A stretch of DNA of 64,000 nt from NCBI RefSeq assembly GCF_964204645.1, contig NC_134028.1, forward strand, positions 17,243,653-17,307,652. The letters run 5' to 3'. Source of the stretch: Tubulanus polymorphus (taxonomy: Eukaryota; Animalia; Nemertea). Under the pieces are notes generated by a model. That model searched no databases, had not been told where the DNA came from, and saw only the letters and a program-made list of their open reading frames with translations. A program made the translations under genes and the position numbers. Each line of letters opens with the position of its first letter. The first letter of the stretch is position 1. Below are positions 13,701 to 27,329 of the stretch, piece by piece.

Positions 13701-15962
13701 CGAACCCCTAATAGGGCCTATATAACCTAAAGATTGATACTTACATACGACAAATTGACGAAGAAATTTCATTTGACAGTATACAAACTCGCGGACAAAC
13801 TCCCAAAATGAATCATGTCCTATTCACCTAGAATCAAACAAAATACAACTAAAAAAATTCACAATACAGATTTCGGTTTCGAATCCTTCAAATAGCTGTT
13901 TACTTGAATGAAACGAATTATCAAACTACTTCTGCCGACAGCATACCAACTCGCTGACAAACCCCCAAAATGAAACGTGTCATGATAAACATCTGGAATA
14001 AAACGTAATAAAGCTACAAAATTTACAAAATGTCGGTTTCGAATCCCTCAAATAGCCTTATACTTACAAATGATGGATTATCAAACAACTGTGAACTCCC
14101 ACAACGCCACATGTCTTTAATAATCTACAGTGAAAACCTGGAATTAAATGAAATAAATCTTAAAATTCCGATTTGAACCCAACGTAGGCCCTCTCTCTAC
14201 TTGTGGGCCTAAGATCTTGAAATAGGATAAATAATGTTATGGTGAAAGAGGCATAATGGTTCGGAAAAATTGAATTCAATATGGCTCTTGGCCCGGCAAA
14301 GTTTGCTTTTGAAATATCCTTTTTATTAGGCCTAGTTACACACTATAAAAGCAAATGACATTTTGCATCAAACTAAAAGCGGCTTTGTCGAGGAAAAGAT
14401 TCGTTTGAGTCGTAAAATGTATAGCCTAGAACCAATTTCTTCGTCAAAGCGTGATGCACAATTTTGACTGGGTCTTTTTTCCACGTGGTAGTGGACAGAA
14501 AATTTGAATAGGCCTAAATAATAGAATAATCTTTCTTAGGTTTCATGATAAAGATGCAGCATTAACTTAGATTAATGCTTATCTTTTACAATTAGGCTTA
14601 TGTTTCAAAGGAAAACGCCCGCAGTTGGTCGAACAGGGGTTAGGCATTGATGGTAGGTAGAGGGGCTGTGTGTGTGCTGAAAAAACAGAGATAAAAATGC
14701 ACGGGAACGAGTTTGTCGAGTGGAGCTTATTATTCCATCAGGGATAGTGTACTATGGCCATGTTATATATCAAAATGTTCCTTATTAGTTCCGCTGCATT
14801 GCATCGCTAAAAACAAATTGAGATAGGTTTCCCTGTATTTTTTTTTAAATATTACATCACTTACAACGATAAACGTCCGTCGCCGACTGAAAAATTCGGA
14901 ATGACAAAAACTTCCGCATTGAGAGCGCCACCGCACCAATTCAAATTCAATTATATGGATCGGAAATACACTCTATGATCTTTAGAACCTGTCTCTGCTG
15001 ACTAGGAATAAGATATTTCTCAGCACGAAGGGGGCGGGGCGCAGCGTCACCAGGTCCCGCTACGCGAGGAAGCTAGATTTTCAAAGAAATGAGTGCACGC
15101 GTACGGCCGTGACCACTTGTTAGTGACGTCATCAAGAAGGATGGCTCCAAGAATCGCCACATCACAGGTTACTGTGAATAAATGGGATTCGACCATTCAA
15201 AAATTCGAAATGTACCTTGTTTTGTAAAACAAGTTTATTCATGCCATTATATAAAGCATTTTGTTTGAAACATTCGTTAATAATGTTTGTTGAGTTTAAA
15301 GCCAATTGTCGTTGTGTAATTCCATACTGGTCACTGATATCAAAGTTTTAGTTTCTGTTCACATGTTTCGACTTATAAATATCCAACTTGTATGTTCTAT
15401 CTTTTAATACAGGCCATGTGATTAATTGCGTATCACTCCGTTAGTTTAAAAAGAGAGCACATATTTCGATATTGTTAAATAATTAACTACATTTTTTTCT
15501 GTCACATGTTGATTTTTACCCATCACTTATAAAATTCAAATGTACGTGATGTATTCTGTAAGCTATGTAAGCTTGTTCTTAAAAATACACTATGAATTTA
15601 CAATTTGTACTGACCATAATAGTTTATTTTTCGTAAATAAAATTTATATTTTAATCAAATAATTTCAAAATCTTTTCTATGCCCTCTGCAACAGAAAAGT
15701 TACTAAGGACTATTACATATTCAGATGTACGTTGATAATTGATTTCAATCGTCCCTTGAAATAATTATATGAACATTATTTTGAAAAATGAGTAACCCCC
15801 AATTTGACTATAACTATAAATTATGTTATGTTAAACCGCAATGGTGTGACTTGACACATCAAATGCGTATCCCGGATTGATATATTTCTATTATCCACTT
15901 TTCAAATTATGAATAGCACGCCTGCTCAGAAAACCCGTTATCGCTGCTTTGCAGCTATATTT
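10741..15962 (+). mobile_element. Non-autonomous Helentron/HINE-like element
   Basis: 5' tattagggttttctg..gaaaaccct hairpin followed by (TTA)n; 3' cagaaaacccgttatcgctgctttgcagctatattt; 11529-12030 recurs at 50917-51405; internal ~170-bp degenerate repeats at 13600-14180. Confidence 0.6.
11428..11502 (+). other. tRNA-derived (SINE-head-like) sequence
   Basis: A-box-like tggcatgttgg, B box ggttcgaatcc, anticodon-arm-like ttgactcccaa; acceptor stem does not pair. Confidence 0.5.
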
Positions 15963-16190
15963 AGGGTTTTCTGTTACATCACAGAAAACCCTATTAAGAT
16001 TCGCGTGTTTCTTATTATTATTAGGGTTTTCTGTTACATCACAGAAAACCCTATTGAGATTCGCGTGTTTCTTATTAGGGTTTTCTGTTATTTCACAGAA
16101 AACCCTATTGATATCCGCGTAATTAATTATTAGGGTTTTCTGTTATTTCACAGAAAACCCTATTGATATCCGCGTGATTATTATTATTAT
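15961..16190 (+). repeat. Four tandem copies of the HINE 5' subterminal hairpin
   Basis: ttagggttttctgtta..cacagaaaaccctatt at ~15961, 16021, 16075 and 16130. Confidence 0.85.
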
Positions 16191-17671
16191 TATTTTCTTC
16201 CACACTATTTTTACCAAAAGAACATAGGCTTTGTTACCTTACCACTGTTTCATATACAATCCATATAATATCGTTCAGCTCACTGAGATCTACAAATAGC
16301 CCGCGTGTTTTTTCACGAATCATCGTTACAAAAGCGCTGTCGGGCCGTAAACATCGAAAATTTAGCCCCATTCAATGGGGCGACATGTTTTTCGAGTCGT
16401 CATCCCGAAATCAACCCGCAGGCCGACTGTCACTTCGATTATCAATTCAAGTATAAATGAACTAATTTATTGCCGCAGACTTCACATTCAGTCGCGGTCT
16501 TCAAACAGTGATTTTAACAATAGCCCATTTTCCTCATCAAATCATATTACCGATACACTGGAAATTTACTACTTTAGATTTTAAAAGCACTGTCGAGCCG
16601 TAAACATCGACGAATCGACGTGTGTTACTACATCGTCGTTCCGGGGATCAGCTGCGAGTTTCTCCTCATCATGAGAATCAAATCGAGTACAAATTAATTT
16701 ATTACTACCAGTGATTTGGCTGCGGGTTTCAAGGAGTTAGTATAACAATACCTATTTTTCTTTACCGAATTAACCGTGTATTTACTAAGATAAATCTTTA
16801 GTGTACCGTGGAATCGTAGGCCTAAACTAAACACGCCGAAGAGATATAGCGGAGAAAAGCTGTTATGTCGACGAGGTATCAAAATAAAAGAATATATTAC
16901 TTAATTCGGCCGCGGGCTTCAACCTCTATATCAATACCATCAATAATCTATATTTCCTACAGTACATACCGATCATTGTCAAATGCACAAGGTATTTACT
17001 AAATACAAGTATATAACACACTCCTATCCGTATGGTGGACTCACTTGACATTCGGAGTAAGCGTTCGCTGTGGGGGAAAGGGATCATTCGCTGTGTCGCT
17101 TGAAGTGTTTATCGAGTTTGACGCGGCTTTAGGCCTACCGGTACTGAGCTTTACTGTATCAAACAAACACAGTACAATTGTTGCGTTTATTAACGGACTC
17201 ATTGGATTGAACTTCAAAACAAAATTTACGATATTTAGGTGGGTTGTTAAATTCAATAGGCCTACGACCAATCTGTCCGGATGTTAGGCCTACGCATATA
17301 CATAGGCCTACATAGGCTAGTAGCCTCTACTAGGTTAAGCGTTCGCTGTAGGGGAAAGGAGATCGTTCGCTGTGTCGCTTGAAGTGTTTATCGAGTTTTA
17401 AGCGACCTTAAGGCATTAGTATGGTGGCTGATAAGGGCCATGCGTAAAAAAAACACGTATATGCAAATGAGGGCGACATTATGACAAAACGACAAAACTA
17501 AAATAACGCGACAAAACAACAATTTTGGTTTTGTCGCCCGCAACAATTCATTATTTCGGTTTTATCGCCCGCGACAACTCATTATTTTGATTTTATCGCC
17601 CGTGACAACTCAATATTTTCGTTTTATCACCCGCGACAATTCATTAGTTTGGTTTTGTCGCCCGCGACAAT

Positions 17672-18631
17672 TCTTTTTCAGTCCACTTGGGACTTTAGTC
17701 CCAGCGGGCTATTGCGTTCACTTTTCGTCCGTCCGTCCATAGACGGAATCCAGTGACTTCGGGAAGTTTTGAAGACGCTTCAAGGTAATGTCTTGATATT
17801 TGGTTTATACATGTATCTACCGGTACCCTAGACACATCATCAGCCCAAAAACCGGCCCTGTCAGATTCAAGATGGTCGACTGGCAGCCATTGTTGTTTGC
17901 CATAATCAGCACTTCTTAAACATTTTCGAAGTTTTCGTGGGAAATTTTGAAGACGCTTTGATCAATTACCTTGATCTTTCGTTTATATTTGAATCTACCA
18001 AAGGCCCATCAGCATAAGAAAATTGGGTCGATCTGACTCAAGATGGCCGTCCTATGACCTTTTTAGTGCCCAAAAATGTCAATGTTGAATAGTAGAAAAG
18101 CTTAGTTTTTCCTTATTAGATTGGTACCTAGGCATAGTTTGTTACCATGATCCATTGTTAAGTTGTAGTTCATGACATCGTCTATGATTGTGGTGAGTTT
18201 TTAAGAACATTAGTTATTCCATATAGTCACCAGGGGGCGCTGAATAGTAGAATGGCTTAGTATTTCCTTATTTAGTAGGCTTAGTATTTCCTTATATTTT
18301 GTTACTATGATCAATTGCAAAATTGTATTTCATGACATGTACTACGATTGTGGTGAGTTTTAAGGTCGTTGGGTTTTGCATATGGTCACCAGAGGGCGTT
18401 GAATAGTAGAATAACTTAGTATTTCCATATTAAATTGGTAACGAGGCATATTTTATTATCACAATCAATTACAAAATCATAGCTGCTCACATGTTCTATG
18501 ATTGTGGTGGGTTTCAAGGTCATTGGTTTTTGTATATGGTCACTAGAGGGCGTTATGTATTTAAATTGTTAGATAGTTGAGCATTTGAAACCACTTCCCA
18601 AGTGAGCATGGTGTCCCTGGACCCCTAGTTT
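17672..18631 (+). mobile_element. Second HINE-like family nested in the 31-bp satellite
   Basis: 5' ttttcagtccacttggga...cgtccgtccgtcc; 3' tcccaagtgagcatggtgtccctggacccctagtt; internal ~160-bp repeats; inserted at a T-run. Confidence 0.65.
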
Positions 18632-18994
18632 GGTTTTGTCGCCCGCGACAATTCATTATTTTGGTTTTGTCGCACGCAACAATTCATTATTTTGTTTTTG
18701 CCGTCCGCGACAATTCATTATTTTGGTTTTATCGCCCGGGACGATTCAATAATTTGGTTTTAACGCCCGCGACAATTCATTATTGTGGTTTTATCGCCCG
18801 CGACAATTCATTATTTTGGTTTTATCGCCCGCGACAATTCATTATTTTTGTTTTGTCACCCGTTACAATTCAATATTTTGGTTTTGTCACCCGCGACAAT
18901 TCATAATTTTGGTTTTGTCGCCCGTGGTTTTGTCGGAACATTAAGTTTTTTGATCGAACAGTGTGTTAAGGTCGTTTTGGAAATTTACTCGGTC

Positions 18995-19270
18995 TGGTAT
19001 ATTTTGGATTACTGTGTATGTCATTTGTCAGGAGATTAAACAGAAGACGACTTAGGATACTACCTTGCGTGACTCCACTAGTTAGACCGTCTCATTCCAA
19101 GATGAGGCGTACCGTTGATTTCGGTTACAAGTTTCCGTTCAGAGATAACTGCTGAGCCATTTGGGCGACCTATCATTGATACTGTTTCCTAATAGCCTGT
19201 TTATTAATGGCTGATGTTGAGCTTTATCAAATGCTTTGTTGAAATCCACCGTTGAACAGGAATCAAGACT
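18995..19270 (-). pseudogene. CR1/L2-type LINE reverse-transcriptase fragment in the HINE 3' region (also ~23110-23385 and ~26450-26730)
   Basis: VDFNKAFDKAQH..LINRL..KWLSSYL followed by SGVTQG-like motif. Confidence 0.7.
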
Positions 19271-20424
19271 GTGCAGAAAACCCGTTATCGCTGCTTTGCA
19301 GCTATATTTATTATTATTATTTTCTTCCACACTATTTTTACTAAAAGAACAAAGGCTTTGTTACCTTCCCGCTGTTTTCGATACAATCCGTCTGATATCA
19401 TTCAGCTCAGTTCGATCTACAAATACCCCGTGCGTATTTTGAAGAATCATCGTTACAAAAGCACTGTCGGGCCGTAAACATCGAAAATTGAGCCCCATTC
19501 AAAGAGCCGACATGTTTTTCTAAGTCCTCTTTCCGAAATCTACCGCACGTTTCTTGTCACGTCGATTATCAATTCAAGCATAAATTAACAAATTTATTAC
19601 CCAAAGATTGCACATTCTGTCGCGGTTTTTAAAAACTAATTTTAACAATAGCCCATTTTCCTCATCAAATCGTATTACCGATATACAGGAAATTTACTAC
19701 GTTAGATTTTAAAAGCACTGTCGAGCCGTAAACATCGACGAATCGACGTGTGCCACTACATCGTCGTTCCAGGGATCAGCTGCGAGTTTCACCTCATCAT
19801 GGGAATCAAATCGAGTACAAATTAATTTATTACTACCAGTGATTTGGCTGCGGGCGTCATGCAGTTAGTTTAGCGAGACCTATTTTTCTTTATCAAATTA
19901 ACCGTGTATTTACTAAGATAAATCATAAGTGTACCGCGGAGTCGTAGGCCTAAACGAAACACGCCGAAGAGATATAGCGGAGAAAAGCTGTTATGTCGAC
20001 GAGGTATCAAAATAAAAGAATATATTACTTTATTCGGCCGCGGGCTTCAACCTCTATATCAATACCATCAATACTCTATATTTCCAACAGTACATACCGA
20101 TCATTGTCAAATGCACAAGGTATTTACTAAATACAAGTATATAACACAATCCTTTCCGTATGATGGACTCACACTTGACATTCGGAGTAAGCGTTCGCTG
20201 TGGGGGAAAGGAGATCGTTCGCTGTGTCGCTTAAAGTGTTTATCGAGTTTTACGCGACCTTTAGGCTTTAGTATGGTGGCTGATAAGGGCCATGCGTAAA
20301 AGAACACGAATAATCAAATGAGGGCGACATTACGACAAAACGACAAAGCGTAAAAAAACACGAATATGCAGATGAGGGCGACATTACGACAAAACGACAA
20401 AACTAAAATAACGCGACAAACCAA

Positions 20425-21786
20425 TAATTTTGGTTTTGTCACCCGCGACAAATCAATATTTTGGTTTTGTCGCCCACGAAAATTCAATATTTTGGGTTTA
20501 TCGCCCGCGACAATTCGTTACTTTGGTTTTATCTCCAGCGACAATTCATTATTTTGGTTTTGTCGCCCTCGACAATTTTTCTTTTTGGTTTTGTCGCCCG
20601 AGACAATTCATTATTTTTTTTTAATATTTTGTTTTTGTCGTCCGCGACAATTTTTTTTTGGTTTTGTTGCCCGCGACAATTCAATATTTTGGTTTTGTCG
20701 CCCGCGACAATTCTTTTTTTGGTTTTGTCGCCCGCGACAATTCTTTATTTTGGTTTTGTCGCCCGCGACAATTCAATATTTTGTTTTTGTCGCCCGCGAC
20801 AATTCAATATTTTGGTTTTATCGCCCGCGACAATTCATTACTTTGGTTTTATCTCCAGCGACAATTCATTATTTTGGTTTTGTCGCCCGCGACAATTTTT
20901 TTTTTGGTTTTGTTGCCTGCGACAATTCATTATTTTGGTTTAATCGCCCGCGACAATTCAATATTTTGGTTTTATCGCCCGCGATAATTCATTATTTTGG
21001 TTTTATCGCCCGCGACAATTCATTATTTTGGTTGTGTCGCCCGAGACAATTCATTATTTTGGTTTTATCGCCAGTGACAATTCATTATTTTGGTTTTATC
21101 GCCCACGACAATTCATTAGTTTGGTTTTGTCTCCCGCGACAATTCAATATTTTGGTTTTATCGCCCGCGACAATTCATTACTTTGGTTTTATCTCCAGCA
21201 ACAATTCATTATTTTGGTTTTGTCGCCCGCGACAATTCATTATTTTGGTTTTATATTTTGTTTTTGTCGCCCGCGACAATTCATTATTTTGGTTTTATTT
21301 TTTTTTTGTCACCCGCGAAAATTCATTATTTTGGTTTTATCGTACGTGACAATTAAATATTATGTTTTTGTCGCCCGAGAGAATTCATTATTTTGGTTTT
21401 ATCGCCCGCGACAATTCATTATTTTGGTTTTGTCGCCCGCGAAAATTCATTATTTTGGTTTTATCGCACGTGAAAATTAAATATTATGTTTTTGTCGCCC
21501 GAGAGAATTCATTATTGTGGTTTTATCGCCTGCGACAATTCATAGTTTGGTTTTATCGCCCGCGACAATTCATTAGTTTGGTTTTTTCGCCCGCGACAAT
21601 TCAATATTTTGGTTTTATCGCCCGCGACAATTCAATATTTTTGTTTTATCGCCCGCGACAATTCATAGCTTGGTTTTATCGCCCCCGACAATTCATTAGT
21701 TTGGTTTTGTCGCCCGTGACAATTCAATATTTTCGTTTTATCACCCGCGACAATTCATTAGTTTGGTTTTGTCGCCCGCGACAATT
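20425..21786. repeat. 31-bp satellite array (ttttggttttatcgcccgcgacaattcatta)n
   Basis: Directly visible; shorter arrays at 17520-17672, 18630-18935 and 22745-23050. Confidence 0.95.
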
Positions 21787-22745
21787 CTTTTTCAGTCCAC
21801 TTGGGACTTTAGTCCCAGCGGGCTATTGCGTTCACTTTTCGTCCGTCCGTCCATAGACGGAATCCAGTTACTTCGGGAAGTTTTGAAGACGCTTCAAGGT
21901 AATGTCTTGATATTTGGTTTATACATGTATCTACCGGTACCCTAGACACATCATCAGCCCAAAAACCGGCCCTGTCAGATTCAAGATGGTCGACTGGCAG
22001 CCATTGTTGTTTGCCATAATCAGCACTTCTTAAACATTTTCGAAGTTTTCGTGGGAAATTTTGAAGACGCTTTGATCAATTACCTTGATCTTTCGTTTAT
22101 ATTTGAATCTACCAAAGGCCCATCAGCATAAGAAAATTGGGTCGATCTGACTCAAGATGGCCGTCCTATGACCTTTTTAGTGCCCAAAAATGTCAATGTT
22201 GAATAGTACAAAAGCTTAGTTTTTCCTTATTAGATTGGTACCTAGGCATAGTTTGTTACCATGATCCATTGTTAAGTTGTAGTTCATGACATCGTCTATG
22301 ATTGTGGTGAGTTTTTAAGGACATTAGTTATTCCATATAGTCACCAGGGGGCGCTGAATAGTAGAATGGCTTAGTATTTCCTTATTTAGTAGGCTTAGTA
22401 TTTCCTTATATTTTGTTACTATGATCAATTGCAAAATTGTATTTCATGACATGTACTACGATTGTGGTGAGTTTTAAGGTCATTGGGTTTTGCATATGGT
22501 CACCAGAGGGCGTTGAATAGTAGAATAACTTAGTATTTCCATATTAAATTGGTAACGAGGCATATTTTATTATCACAATCAATTACAAAATCATAGCTGC
22601 TCACATGTTCTATGATTGTGGTGGGTTTCAAGGTCATTGGTTTTTGTATATGGTCACTAGAGGGCGTTATGTATTTAAATTGTTAGATAGTTGAGCATTT
22701 GAAACCACTTCCCAAGTGAGCATGGTGTCCCTGGACCCCTAGTTT
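21786..22745 (+). mobile_element. Duplicate of the nested HINE-like element
   Basis: Near-identical to 17672-18631. Confidence 0.7.
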
Positions 22746-24529
22746 GGTTTTGTCGCCCGCGACAATTCATTATTTTGGTTTTGTCGCACGCAACAATTCA
22801 TTATTTTGTTTTTGCCGTCCGCGACAATTCATTATTTTGGTTTTATCGCCCGGGACGATTCAATAATTTGGTTTTAACGCCCGCGACAATTCATTATTGT
22901 GGTTTTATCGCCCGCGACAATTCATTATTTTGGTTTTATCGCCCGCGACAATTCATTATTTTTGTTTTGTCACCCGTTACAATTCAATATTTTGGTTTTG
23001 TTACCCGCGACAATTCATAATTTTGGTTTTGTCGCCCGTGGTTTTGTCGGAACATTAAGTTTTTTGATCGAACAGTGTGTTAAGGTCGTTTTGGAAATTT
23101 ACTCGGTCTGGTATATTTTGGATTACTGTGTATGTCATTTGTCAGGAGATTAAACAGAAGACGACTTAGGATACTACCTTGCGTGACTCCACTAGTTAGA
23201 CCGTCTCATTCCAAGATGAGGCGTTCCGTTGATTTCGGTTACAAGTTTCCGTTCAGAGATAACTGCTGAGCCATTTGGGCGACCTATCATTGATACTGTT
23301 TCCTAATAGCCTGTTTATTAATGGCTGATGTTGAGCCTTATCAAATGCTTTGTTGAAATCCACCGTTGAACAGGAATCAAGACTGTGCAGAAAACCCGTT
23401 ATCGCTGCTTTGCAGCTATATTTATTATTATTATTTTCTTCCACACTATTTTTACTAAAAGAACAAAGGCTTTGTTACCTTCCCGCTGTTTTCGATACAA
23501 TCCGTCTGATATCATTCAGCTCACTTCGATCTACAAATACCCCGTGCGTATTTTGAAGAATCATCGTTACAAAAGCACTGTCGGGCCGTAAACATCGAAA
23601 ATTGAGCCCCATTCAAAGAGCCGACATGTTTTTCTAAGTCCTCTTTCCGAAATCTACCGCACGTTTCTTGTCACGTCGATTATCAATTCAAGCATAAATT
23701 AACAAATTTATTACCCAAAGATTGCACATTCTGTCGCGGTTTTTAAAAACTAATTTTAACAATAGCCCATTTTCCTCATCAAATCGTATTACCGATATAC
23801 AGGAAATTTACTACGTTAGATTTTAAAAGCACTGTCGAGCCGTAAACATCGACGAATCGACGTGTGCCACTACATCGTCGTTCCAGGGATCAGCTGCGAG
23901 TTTCACCTCATCATGGGAATCAAATCGAGTACAAATTAATTTATTACTACCAGTGATTTAGCTGCGGGCGTCATGCAGTTAGTTTAGCGAGACCTATTTT
24001 TCTTTATCAAATTAACCGTGTATTTACTAAGATAAATCATAAGTGTACCGGGGAGTCGTAGGCCTAAACGAAACACGCCGAAGAGATATAGCGGAGAAAA
24101 GCTGTTATGTCGACGAGGTATCAAAATAAAAGAATATATTACTTTATTCGGCCGCGGGCTTCAACCTCTATATCAATACCATCAATACTCTATATTTCCT
24201 ACAGTACATACCGATCATTGTCAAATGCACAAGGTATTTACTAAATACAAGTATAAAACACAATCCTTTCCGTATGATGGACTCACACTTGACATTCGGA
24301 GTAAGCGTTCGCTGTGGGGGAAAGGAGATCGTTCGCTGTGTCGCTTAAAGTGTTTATCGAGTTTTACGCGACCTTTAGGCTTTAGTATGGTGGCTGATAA
24401 GGGCCATGCGTAAAAAACACGAATATGCAAATGAGGGCGACAAAACAACAAAGCGTAAAAAACACGAATATGCAGATGAGGGCGACATTACGACAAAACG
24501 ACAAAACTAAAATAACGCGACAAAACAAT

Positions 24530-25235
24530 AATTTTGGTTTTGTCGCCCGCGACAATTCATTATTTTGGTTTTATCGCCCGCGACAATTCATTATTTTGGT
24601 TTTATCGCCCGCGACAGTTCATTAATTTGGTTTTGTCGCCCGCGACAAATCAATATTTTGGTTTTGTCGCCCACGACAATTCATTATTTTGGTTTTATCG
24701 CCCGCGACAATTTTTTTTTGTCGCGGTTTTATCGCCCGCGAAAATTCAATATTTTGGTTTTATCGCCAGCGACAATTCATTATTTTGGTTTTGTCGCCCA
24801 CGACAATTCAATACTTTGGTTTTATCGCCCGCGACAATTCATTATTTTGGTTTTATCGCCCGCTACAATTCATTATTTTGGTTTTGTCACACGCGACAAT
24901 TCATTATTTTGGTTTTGTCGCACGCGACAATTCATTATTTTGGTTTTATCGCCCGTGACAATTTTTTTTTGTCGCGGTTTTATCGCCTGCGACAATTCAA
25001 TATCTTGGTTTTATCGCCAGCGACAATTCATTATTTTGGTTTTATCGCCCGGAAAAATTCATTATTTTGGTTTTATCGTCCGCGACAATTCATTTTTTGG
25101 TTTTGTCGCCCGCGACAATTCAATATTTTGGTTTTTTCGCCAGCGACAATTGATTATTTTGGTTTTATCGCCCGCGACAATTGATTATTTTGGTTTTATC
25201 GCCCGCGACAATTAATTTTTTTGGTTTTGTCACCC
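24530..25235. repeat. 31-bp satellite array
   Basis: Same unit as 20425-21786. Confidence 0.95.
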
Positions 25236-25459
25236 ACTTTATTAGCTTTTGAATAATTCGGCCAATTAATAACGTAATAAAGACTTATGCTTTCGCCTAT
25301 TTTGAAGTCGATCAATCTGATATAGTGTCGAATAGCAAGGTCATTTTGGCAGATTCTTTTTTTTAAAAGTGATATTAAAGCGATCATTCAAGTGATCCTA
25401 CTCAATGAAAGATCACATATTATTTCTTTTTCTAAAGATGTACGGAAGCTTATATGTCA

Positions 25460-25868
25460 AAAGCGATAAAGGGCCTCGAGTTGTCGCGTTCCAACTCGAC
25501 AAGTCGCTATATTTATGTCGACATATCGCGATATACCGCGTCAAGTCGACATGAATATGTCGACATATCGTGACGTTTTCACGACAAATTTCGCTTTTTC
25601 GCCCATTTTCCACGGGACAAGCCGTCATTTAAAGACACGTCGAAATGTAAGATGAGGACGCCAGTGATATGGCGACTGAGTTTCAAGTCGTCATGAATAT
25701 GTCGAATTGTTGCGAGGAAAATGGTTGAGAAAACGAAATATGTCGTCAAAACGTCACAATATGTCGACATATTCATGTCGACTTGAAGCGGTATATCGCG
25801 ATATGTAGACATAAATATGGCGACTTTGTCGAGTTGGAACGCGACAACTCGAGGCCCTTTATCGCTTC
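25460..25868. repeat. ~140-bp inverted repeat (foldback) in a GTCGAC/ATATCG-rich insertion
   Basis: aagcgataaagggcctcgagttgtcgcgttccaactcgac vs gtcgagttggaacgcgacaactcgaggccctttatcgctt. Confidence 0.85.
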
Positions 25869-26799
25869 CGTACTTCCGTATATATGGGACCCGTACAAAA
25901 CCGTCGCGACCTTTTATCACGACGAAATTATGTCGAACAAACGTGATATATCGCGATTTATCGACATAATTAAGTCGATATATCGTGTTAATATCACGAT
26001 AAATCGTTAAACGGATCACGCCTTTCAACAATGTCGACGTCTGTATCTCAACATAACCGCGTACCATCGACATAATTATCACTCCTTTAGCTAAAATGTC
26101 GTGATACGTATGGCAATTTATTTAGAAAATATCGCAAAAAGTCGACATCAAAATCACGACATTTTAAATAAGGTCATCCTAGTTACATCGATATATTGAG
26201 ATAGTTAACCTAATTTCAATAAGGGGACGCATACTTAATGATGTTTAATGTTAGATGAATATGAAAGAAGAAATGAAGTTGGCAGAAAAATTAAAATGAC
26301 TTTATCATCACCAGAATCTGGTGGACATATTGGATGTTGGGGTTCATGTAGAATGACCCCAAATGCTGGGGCACAATAATAGTGTTCGGTACATGGTCGA
26401 TGAACTAAATAGGTCATTCGCATCAATACTTTGTCACAATTGATTTGCGGTATATTTTGGATTACTGTGTATGTCATTTGTCAGGACATTAAACAGTAGA
26501 CGGCTTAGGATACTACCTAGCGTGACTCCACTAGTTAGACCGACTTATTCCAAGATGAGGCGTTCCGTTGATTTTGGCTATAAGTTTTCGTTCAGAGATA
26601 ACTGCTGGGCCATTTGGGCGACCTATCATTGATACTGTTTCCTAATAGCCTGTTCAGTTAGTAATGGCTGATGTTGTGCCTTATCAAATGCTTTGTCAAA
26701 ATCCACCGATGAACAGGATTCTAAGACAGCAGAAAACCCGTTATCGCTGCTTTGCAGCTATATTTTTACTTATATTTTTATTCGAAATCTGTTAAAATA

Positions 26800-27006
26800 T
26801 GAATTATTTCTCACACTTTACCTCACACTTTTGTAATTAACATATAATTGATTTTAAAATAAATGAAATTCATGTAAATAATGTATAATAATTTATATGA
26901 AATTATTAAGAGTAATAGGGAATCGAGGCTTTCATGCTAGAGGGAGAGGGGTTGAGTGAGCTCGACCTCCGACCTCATTATCTGAAACCCCCAATTTCCT
27001 ATTACT
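26800..27006. mobile_element. Isolated right-end TIR of a diverged Maverick relative, with a ~96-bp terminal hairpin
   Basis: ttaagagtaatagggaatcgaggctttca...tgaaacccccaatttcctattact, homologous to 41130-41306 and ending in the family terminus CTATTACT. Confidence 0.65.
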
Positions 27007-27329
27007 ACAACCAATTTTCGTCCCACGATCGACCTCGATGTTGTGTCGGAGAAATTTGCAAGGCGTATCGGTACACGATTGTCTTTAAGGGTAACAAGGG
27101 ACTTCCCTGTGCAAAACTCCGTTCTCTTCCTGCTTTCGATGATTCCTGTGGTGAAATTGTTTTGGGACAAACTATGTTTAAAGTACCCCTCTACAATTAT
27201 TTCAGACCCAGCGGGGACCTAAGTGCTCCGAGACAGGAAGACGCGACACGCTTTCGGTTTTTGATTTTGTTGTCGTAATGGTATCTCTGAGTTCCCGAGC
27301 TGTAGTATGCGTTGTTCGAAATCTACCTT
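27007..27329 (-). pseudogene. Gypsy pol fragment (protease C-terminus and linker)
   Basis: KVDFEQRILQLGNSEIPL...VPAGSEIIVEG...GKSLVTLKDNRVPIRLANFS. Confidence 0.55.

Larger units (their letters stand above)
16130..26766 (+). mobile_element. Three head-to-tail Helentron/HINE-like units (~16130-19310, 19310-23424, 23424-26766)
   Basis: Same 3' end motif at 19275, 23388 and 26730; near-identical bodies; 4114-bp offset between copies (ORFs 18661 vs 22775). Confidence 0.8.

Noticed and set aside
20366-25215. Long overlapping ORFs (up to 327 aa) in three frames
   Set aside because: Artefacts of the stop-poor 31-bp satellite.
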